Shown here: piece after piece, positions 59,344 to 64,000 of the stretch | Layout of the letters: each line of letters starts with the position of its first letter | Position numbering within the stretch: position 1 is the first letter of the stretch | NCBI GenBank assembly: GCA_964603945.1 | Contig: CAZRWP010000003.1 | Coordinates: 6,830 to 70,829, forward strand | Source: an uncultured Pseudomonadales bacterium | Lineage (GTDB): Bacteria; Patescibacteriota; Microgenomatia; UBA1400; UBA1396 | Length of the DNA stretch: 64,000 nucleotides | Reading direction: 5' to 3' | Position numbers and translations under genes: made by a program | The notes under the pieces: model-generated | Told to the model about the DNA's origin: nothing | Databases searched by the model: none | What the model saw: only the letters and a program-made list of their open reading frames with translations

Positions 59344-60450
59344 ATGACTAAATTTGCCATCAATGGTTTTGGCCGCATCGGCCGAACCGCCTGCCGTGTT
59401 TGGTATAAAAAACTGATTTCGGGTGAATTGCCAGATCTTGAATTAGTAGCAATTAATACGTCTGGATCAATGGAAGTCGAGGATTGGGCGCATCTTTTAA
59501 AATATGACAGCAACTATGGCGTGTGGATGCCTGAAGTTAAGGTTAATCGCTATCGGGATGTTAAAGAAACCTCAGAAGATTATCCGGAAATCGGTACGAT
59601 TGAGGTTGCCGATACTGATGGTCGAGTTCATATTATTACGGTGACAGCCCAGCGCGATCCCAGTCTGATTCCCTGGCATAGATATGGGGCTGAAGTGGTT
59701 ATTGATTCCACTGGCGTTTTTAACAAAGCTGACAAAGCGGCTCTGCACTTTGCCGGTGGTGTTAAGCACGTGATTTTGTCGGCTCCAGGTAAAAGTGACG
59801 GTATTGCCACTACTGTTTTAGGTGTCGATACTGATGAAATGCTAGCCGCCAAGTTAAATAATCACCCGCAAGGCTCCATTGTGTCTAATGCGTCTTGCAC
59901 GACCAACTGTATTGCGCCGGTCGCCAGGTTAATGGTTGATGCCTATGGTGTGGAGCGCGCTTTACTAACGACCATTCATGCCTACACCGATGACCAAAAT
60001 ATTCAGGATAACTCGCATAAGGATATGCGCCGCGCCCGCGGCGCGGCGCAAAACATCATCCCCACGAGCACCGGCGCGGCCAAGGCCACAGCTTTAGTCA
60101 TTCCGGAGCTCAAAGGTAAATTCGATGGCATCGCCATGCGCGTGCCGGTGCCCACAGGATCAATCTCCGATTTGACTTTTATGGTTACTAAACCGACTTC
60201 TGTTGAAGAAGTTAACACCATGCTAACTGAAGCCGCCAAGCAACCGCGCTGGCAGGGAATTTTAGCGGTGACTAATGAGCCGCTGGTTTCGCATGATCTG
60301 GTTGGTCGTTCTGAGTCGAGCATTGTCGACTTGGGTTTGACTCAAGTGATGGACGGTGCCATGGTCAAAGTTGTTGCCTGGTATGACAACGAATGGGGTT
60401 ATTGCAATCGCTTGATTGAACTCGCCGACAAAGTGGCTCAGTTGGGCTAA
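59344..60450 (+). CDS. gap: Glyceraldehyde-3-phosphate dehydrogenase
   Basis: INGFGRIGR NAD-binding N-terminus and the catalytic SNASCTTNC. Confidence 0.9.
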   Translation: MTKFAINGFGRIGRTACRVWYKKLISGELPDLELVAINTSGSMEVEDWAHLLKYDSNYGVWMPEVKVNRYRDVKETSEDYPEIGTIEVADTDGRVHIITVTAQRDPSLIPWHRYGAEVVIDSTGVFNKADKAALHFAGGVKHVILSAPGKSDGIATTVLGVDTDEMLAAKLNNHPQGSIVSNASCTTNCIAPVARLMVDAYGVERALLTTIHAYTDDQNIQDNSHKDMRRARGAAQNIIPTSTGAAKATALVIPELKGKFDGIAMRVPVPTGSISDLTFMVTKPTSVEEVNTMLTEAAKQPRWQGILAVTNEPLVSHDLVGRSESSIVDLGLTQVMDGAMVKVVAWYDNEWGYCNRLIELADKVAQLG

Positions 60451-60465
60451 TTTTTTTCTGCCTGG

Positions 60466-60551
60466 AAGGATCATCCTTGCCCCTTGTCTAGTCTGGAAGG
60501 ATCATCCTAGGATGATCCTTCTCGAGGAAAATAAAGGCAAGGATGATCCTT
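60466..60551. repeat. Family A palindromic intergenic repeat element, copy 4 (inverted orientation relative to copies 1–3)
   Basis: The modules are identical, and the spacers match copies 1–3 only after reverse complementing. Confidence 0.9.
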
Positions 60552-60587
60552 CTAGGGAAAGCTTTAAAACAATAGGTGTGGGCTCAA

Positions 60588-61985
60588 TTACTTTCCAACT
60601 TTTTTGGCTAATTTCAGGATATTTTGACATCCGTCGGTAAATTCCGGCGGTAGATCCTTTGCTTTTTGCATGGCCATTTCAAGCCAGCTTTTGTTGTCCT
60701 CAATTGGCTCCTGTAAAAATGTCAGTTGTTCAATTAATTGATCAATTTCCGCTGAGCGGGCGATGCCGCGGCGGGTGAAAATTGAGGCGATGTTGTCTTC
60801 CCATTCTCCCCAGGATTTTAATAGTAGCAGAGCACAACCAGCCGCCGCGGCGTCATAAGCCATGTCGCCGGAAGGCTTAGCCAGCACAAGATCTGCCCAA
60901 GGGAAACCGTATTCCACAATCAGTTCATTGGCGGCCACAATGTCATCGCCATACAAAAGTCTCATGGAAGCATTTTTGTCAGATTCACCGCCAAGAATTA
61001 CTTTATGTTTTTTAGTCAGGGCTCGCACCATTTCAGCGTGATCAGAGTTGGTGCCGGCATAGTATATAAGTTGCACAGCCAACGGTGGATTCGCAGTCTC
61101 AGTAGTTTTCTTAGATTTGCTCTTGGTATCAGTTTTCAAAAGCGGGAGAAGTTGCTCCAGCGCCTTCTCAAGCTCAGCTTTATTCGTCCCGACGCCACCG
61201 GTAGTCAGCAAAATCCGTAGCGGACGCTTTTTCCAGGCGGTGGTAGATTTTTCTTCGCCAGCAGTTTTAACTCGAGGATCAATAAAGGGACCAGTTACAA
61301 CAACTTTAGCCGGATCTATATCTTTGCCACGCAAAGTGGCGATTTCTAAAAAGTGCTGACGGGTTGGCTCATCAAATACCACAAAATAAGTGTTAGGCCG
61401 GTCTGCGTAATCGGTGTATTGCTCACGCACATGAGGATCAGTGACAGCCTGAATAATGGTGTGCTTCGTTTCTCGAGCTAGAATATTGCCGAGTTCAACG
61501 TGGAATGAGACAATCGGGCGTTTAATATCTTTGGTTAAATCCAGAAGTGGAGGGGTAATGGTCTCGGCGATGGGCATTTTACTGCGGGCGCGCCGGTCTA
61601 GAACTTCCTTTTTGACCCAAGTTAGCAGTGGGTAGCGGGCTAAAACTTTGCCTACTCGTTCAGTGAAAGCCACCTGAGGCCAATCTTCTGCGCTGACATA
61701 GTTAGTTGGATCCACCAAAACGGCCTGCTTCTCATCTGGATCATCACTTCCCCAGGCACAAATTGCCAGGCCGTAAGCCATAGAATAGTGGGCGCGCGAC
61801 AGCACAATATCAGGGTGATTTATGTCATCAGCCAGGCTATGTTCAGCCTCTACGATATCCCGAAAGCTAGCCGAGAGGGTGACGATTGGCAATTGAGTCG
61901 TCGCCAACCGCTCCTGATCTTCTTTTAAGAGTTTAGCAGTGACGCGATTCTTGAGTGACTTGGCCATACAGTCATTGTATAGCAT
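60588..61985 (-). CDS. GT-B fold glycosyltransferase, MurG/MGDG-synthase-like (GT28-like), tentative
   Basis: C-terminal domain ILLTTGGVGTNKAEL and DLVLAKPSGDMAYDAAAAGCALLLLKSWGEWEDN resemble MurG/MGDG synthase donor-binding motifs. Confidence 0.4.
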   Translation of the reverse strand: MLYNDCMAKSLKNRVTAKLLKEDQERLATTQLPIVTLSASFRDIVEAEHSLADDINHPDIVLSRAHYSMAYGLAICAWGSDDPDEKQAVLVDPTNYVSAEDWPQVAFTERVGKVLARYPLLTWVKKEVLDRRARSKMPIAETITPPLLDLTKDIKRPIVSFHVELGNILARETKHTIIQAVTDPHVREQYTDYADRPNTYFVVFDEPTRQHFLEIATLRGKDIDPAKVVVTGPFIDPRVKTAGEEKSTTAWKKRPLRILLTTGGVGTNKAELEKALEQLLPLLKTDTKSKSKKTTETANPPLAVQLIYYAGTNSDHAEMVRALTKKHKVILGGESDKNASMRLLYGDDIVAANELIVEYGFPWADLVLAKPSGDMAYDAAAAGCALLLLKSWGEWEDNIASIFTRRGIARSAEIDQLIEQLTFLQEPIEDNKSWLEMAMQKAKDLPPEFTDGCQNILKLAKKVGK

Positions 61986-61991
61986 TCATCC

Positions 61992-62178
61992 ATTCTCGCT
62001 ATGATCGAGTGACGAGCCAGCCCCAGATCATAGTCTCTCCCTAAACCGCTGTTTTTTCCAAATTTTAAGCAATAAATAGGTCAAATATTGGTAAAAATTG
62101 GCTAAAATGCTAACAAAAATGCGGTTTAGGGAGAGACTATAGTCAAGTGACGGGCGGGTCCTCGATCATAGCGAGAAT
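61992..62178. mobile_element. Family C MITE-like element (~187 bp; ~57-bp imperfect terminal inverted repeats ATTCTCGCTATGATCGAG...ATAGTCTCTCCCTAAACCGC) abutting the 3' end of tRNA-Tyr
   Basis: Arms read directly; AT-rich core contains CTAACAAAAAT, as in the 6666–6851 element. Confidence 0.7.
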
Positions 62179-62186
62179 ATAAAAAG

Positions 62187-62269
62187 TGCCGGCTGAAGGA
62201 TTCGAACCTACGTAGGCATACGCCAGCAGATTTACAGTCTGCCCCCGTTGACCGCTTGGGTAAGCCGGC
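62187..62269 (-). tRNA. tRNA-Tyr (anticodon GTA), class II with long variable arm
   Basis: Reverse complement: acceptor GCCGGCT/AGCCGGC, D-region TACCCAAGCGGTCAACGGG, anticodon stem-loop GCAGA-CTGTAAA-TCTGC, long variable arm, T-loop TTCGAAT; no encoded CCA. Confidence 0.8.
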
Positions 62270-62380
62270 ACTTGTTGGGAAGAATAATTGATATGCTCCC
62301 TAACGAAGACCTATTGTATCAGAAAGCCAAGCATTTCCGCGATGTTTTAGTCTTTAGTTTATTCAGAAAAATAGCTTCGA

Positions 62381-62650
62381 ATGGGTTTTAATATCGACGA
62401 ACGCAAACTTCGCGTAACTTTACATTTGCATGAATATCATAACGACACTATTCAGCGCCAATTTTGGCATGAGATAACCGGAATTCCTTTAAAACAATAT
62501 CATCGAATACATCGCAAAAATAATTCGGTCAAGAGACGGCGGGAAGGATACCAGGGCTGTGCTAGAATATGTTACTATCACGCCGAAACAGCCCGTAAAA
62601 TTCGGGCTCTGTACTTGACATTTCAAGAACAGTTTAGGGGTGTCGGTTAA
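62381..62650 (+). CDS. hypothetical protein (doubtful; 3' end overlaps tRNA-Trp by 15 nt)
   Basis: 89-aa ORF only. Confidence 0.25.
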   Translation: MGFNIDERKLRVTLHLHEYHNDTIQRQFWHEITGIPLKQYHRIHRKNNSVKRRREGYQGCARICYYHAETARKIRALYLTFQEQFRGVG

Positions 62651-62706
62651 TGGTAAACCACCGCTCTCCAAAAGCGGAACTGGGGGTTCGATTCCCTCCA
62701 CCCCTG
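62636..62706 (+). tRNA. tRNA-Trp (anticodon CCA)
   Basis: Acceptor AGGGGTG/CACCCCT, D-arm GGTT-AATGGTA-AACC, anticodon stem-loop CCGCT-CTCCAAA-AGCGG, T-arm GGGGG-TTCGATT-CCCTC; 71 nt. Confidence 0.8.
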
Positions 62707-62814
62707 CAGTAAGTACTCGAACCTAAATTTCCTCCTTGATTCTGTTATAATTTCTTTCAATGAATCACAGAACACTACTAACTGTGACAGTATCGCTACA
62801 GTAGAGTCAAACTT

Positions 62815-63125
62815 ATGAAAATTGAAAAACTCTCGAGAGAAGATATTCCTTTAATTTTGGAATTAGAAAGTCGAAGTGCTCCTGAAAACCGTATTACTCT
62901 AAGTATGATGATGAGGCTTTGAATTTTATATTTGATAATCCAGATAATTGTGGTGCAGTAGGAATATTTCATGCCAACAGTCTAGTGGGATGGGGAGCAT
63001 ACAGAACAAATTGGAAAAAACATGATAAAGAGGCTGGAAGCTGTGAGGTTAGCTCAATTGTTGTGGATAAAAACTACAGACGAGAGGGTTTAAGTAGTCA
63101 ACTACAGGAAAAGATAATGAATTAA
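62815..63125 (+). pseudogene. GNAT-family N-acetyltransferase (RimI-like) interrupted by a +1/-1 frameshift near 62885–62920
   Basis: Frame A gives MKIEKLSREDIPLILELESRSAPENRITLSMMMRL*; frame B continues ...KYDDEALNFIFDNPDNCGAVGIFHANSLVGWGAYRTNWKKHDKEAGSCEVSSIVVDKNYRREGLSSQLQEKIMN, the typical GNAT acetyl-CoA motif-A region. Confidence 0.5.
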
Positions 63126-63174
63126 AACAACGGCTAAGATTGCTGTTCCTTTAGCTTTGGTTACCACCTGCCGA

Positions 63175-64000
63175 TTAAGCATCATTTTCTTCTGGTTGAG
63201 ATTTTAGCTGAGATTTCGACCGATAATTAAGTTGAGATTTGGTTGGAGATTTCGATTTCTTTGACTTGCTGATCTTATTTGCCGTCTTTTTTACCTGATT
63301 GGCAATCGGTAATGAAAAGCAAAAAGTTGAGCCTTTCCCCAGCTCACTTTCAACCCAGATTTTGCCACGGTGACGTCTAATAATCTCTGCGGAAATATAA
63401 AGACCGAGTCCAAAGCCGGCAAAAGTTTCCTGAATCGGTCCCTCCAGGCGGAAAAAGCGTTCAAAGATCATATCTTGCTTGTTAGGCGGAATACCCGGGC
63501 CAAAATCCTGGACGCAGACCGTAACTTGTCTGGATGTCAAACGCTGGTAAACAATGATTGATTTATTCTCTGGTGAGTATTTAATGGCATTGCTAAGCAG
63601 ATTAACCAGAACCTGGCTGAGACGATCACGGTCAGCTTTAACCAAGACTGACTTGAATTTTTTCATTTTGATTGAGCTGTGTGGTGACGTTAATTGAATC
63701 ATTTCAACTACTTCCTCAGCTAGCTCCCGAAGATCAAAAGTGGTTGAGTTGATTGAGATATCTCCGCCTTCAATTCGGGAAACATCAAGTAGATCACGGA
63801 TCAAATTGGCGAGCTTATTAAGTTGTTGATCCATTTTCTTCATTAGTTCAACTGAAATCTCATCATTTCTCTTAACAAAATATGCCTGAAGATATTGGGC
63901 AAAAACCTTAAGACTGGTAACTGGTGTTTTTAGTTCATGACTGGCAATACTGATGAATTCATCTTTGCGGCGCTCAAGAGCTTGCCGCTCAGTAATATCG
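63175..64000 (-). CDS. Sensor histidine kinase (HisKA + HATPase_c), N-terminally truncated by window edge
   Basis: H-box SHELKTPVTSL is encoded at ~63930–63960 in frame with the track ORF 63175–63843; HATPase_c N/G boxes LVNLLSNAIKYS...GFGLGLYISAEII. Confidence 0.75.
   Translation of the reverse strand, partial: DITERQALERRKDEFISIASHELKTPVTSLKVFAQYLQAYFVKRNDEISVELMKKMDQQLNKLANLIRDLLDVSRIEGGDISINSTTFDLRELAEEVVEMIQLTSPHSSIKMKKFKSVLVKADRDRLSQVLVNLLSNAIKYSPENKSIIVYQRLTSRQVTVCVQDFGPGIPPNKQDMIFERFFRLEGPIQETFAGFGLGLYISAEIIRRHRGKIWVESELGKGSTFCFSLPIANQVKKTANKISKSKKSKSPTKSQLNYRSKSQLKSQPEENDA

Noticed and set aside
62636-62706. Alternative genetic code (UGA recoding) suggested by small-genome context
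   Set aside because: tRNA-Trp has the standard CCA anticodon. TGA is used as a stop in several confidently identified genes (e.g. ATGA overlaps at rpiB, nrdR/RNR and rnhA), and ORF lengths are normal under code 11.

Overview
This 64 kb window is a chromosomal segment from a small-genome bacterium. The gene content and a divergent 16S rRNA suggest a Candidate Phyla Radiation/Patescibacteria-like lineage, but that is inference, not proven.

Standard genetic code is in use: TAA, TAG and TGA stops occur, tRNA-Trp has anticodon CCA, and ATGA start/stop overlaps are frequent.

**Core content**
- The replication-origin neighbourhood is present: dnaA, a DnaA-box-rich dnaA–dnaN spacer (putative oriC), dnaN, rpmH, rnpA, yidD, yidC, jag/khpB and rnhA.
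- A stand-alone 16S rRNA gene has its own strong promoter, an 18-bp processing stem and a terminator. No 23S follows. A tRNA-Ile(GAT)/tRNA-Ala(TGC) pair lies 1.4 kb downstream, beyond an opposite-strand HD-domain gene. tRNA-Tyr(GTA) and tRNA-Trp(CCA) are also present.
- Recognisable housekeeping genes include rpiB (partial), an ATP-dependent DNA ligase, recF, lepA, valS, PBP1A, a DEDDh exonuclease, mnmA, pyrH, pgk, gap, glycosyltransferases and a partial histidine kinase.
- nrdR is followed by a ribonucleotide reductase that carries a LAGLIDADG-type intein.
- A Fic protein and a YjeF-C dehydratase are also present.

**Non-core features**
- An AT-rich, apparently foreign block (about 9.3–15.9 kb) encodes a VirB2/TrbC-like pilin, a VirB6/TrbL-like polytopic membrane protein and a two-gene operon (435-aa acidic protein plus 1100-aa coiled-coil protein). 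The operon is transcribed divergently from dnaA and has no recognisable domains. This is my best candidate for an undescribed system.
- Family A: four copies of an 86–90 bp intergenic element (at about 2.94, 8.73, 38.57 and 60.47 kb), each carrying four copies of the 13-bp palindrome AAGGAT(C/G)ATCCTT.
- Family B: two copies of a long hairpin element (at about 49.74 and 55.31 kb), each with a 38-bp perfect palindrome centred on CCCGGG. One sits immediately upstream of the rRNA promoter and one upstream of pgk, and the two differ by a compensatory base change.
- Family C: MITE-like elements with roughly 50-bp terminal inverted repeats (at about 6.67, 62.0 and 47.1 kb).
- A 1313-aa secreted Cys-rich protein, a start-less LamG-domain gene remnant, a frameshifted GNAT gene, several micro/minisatellites and an orphan terminator are also present.
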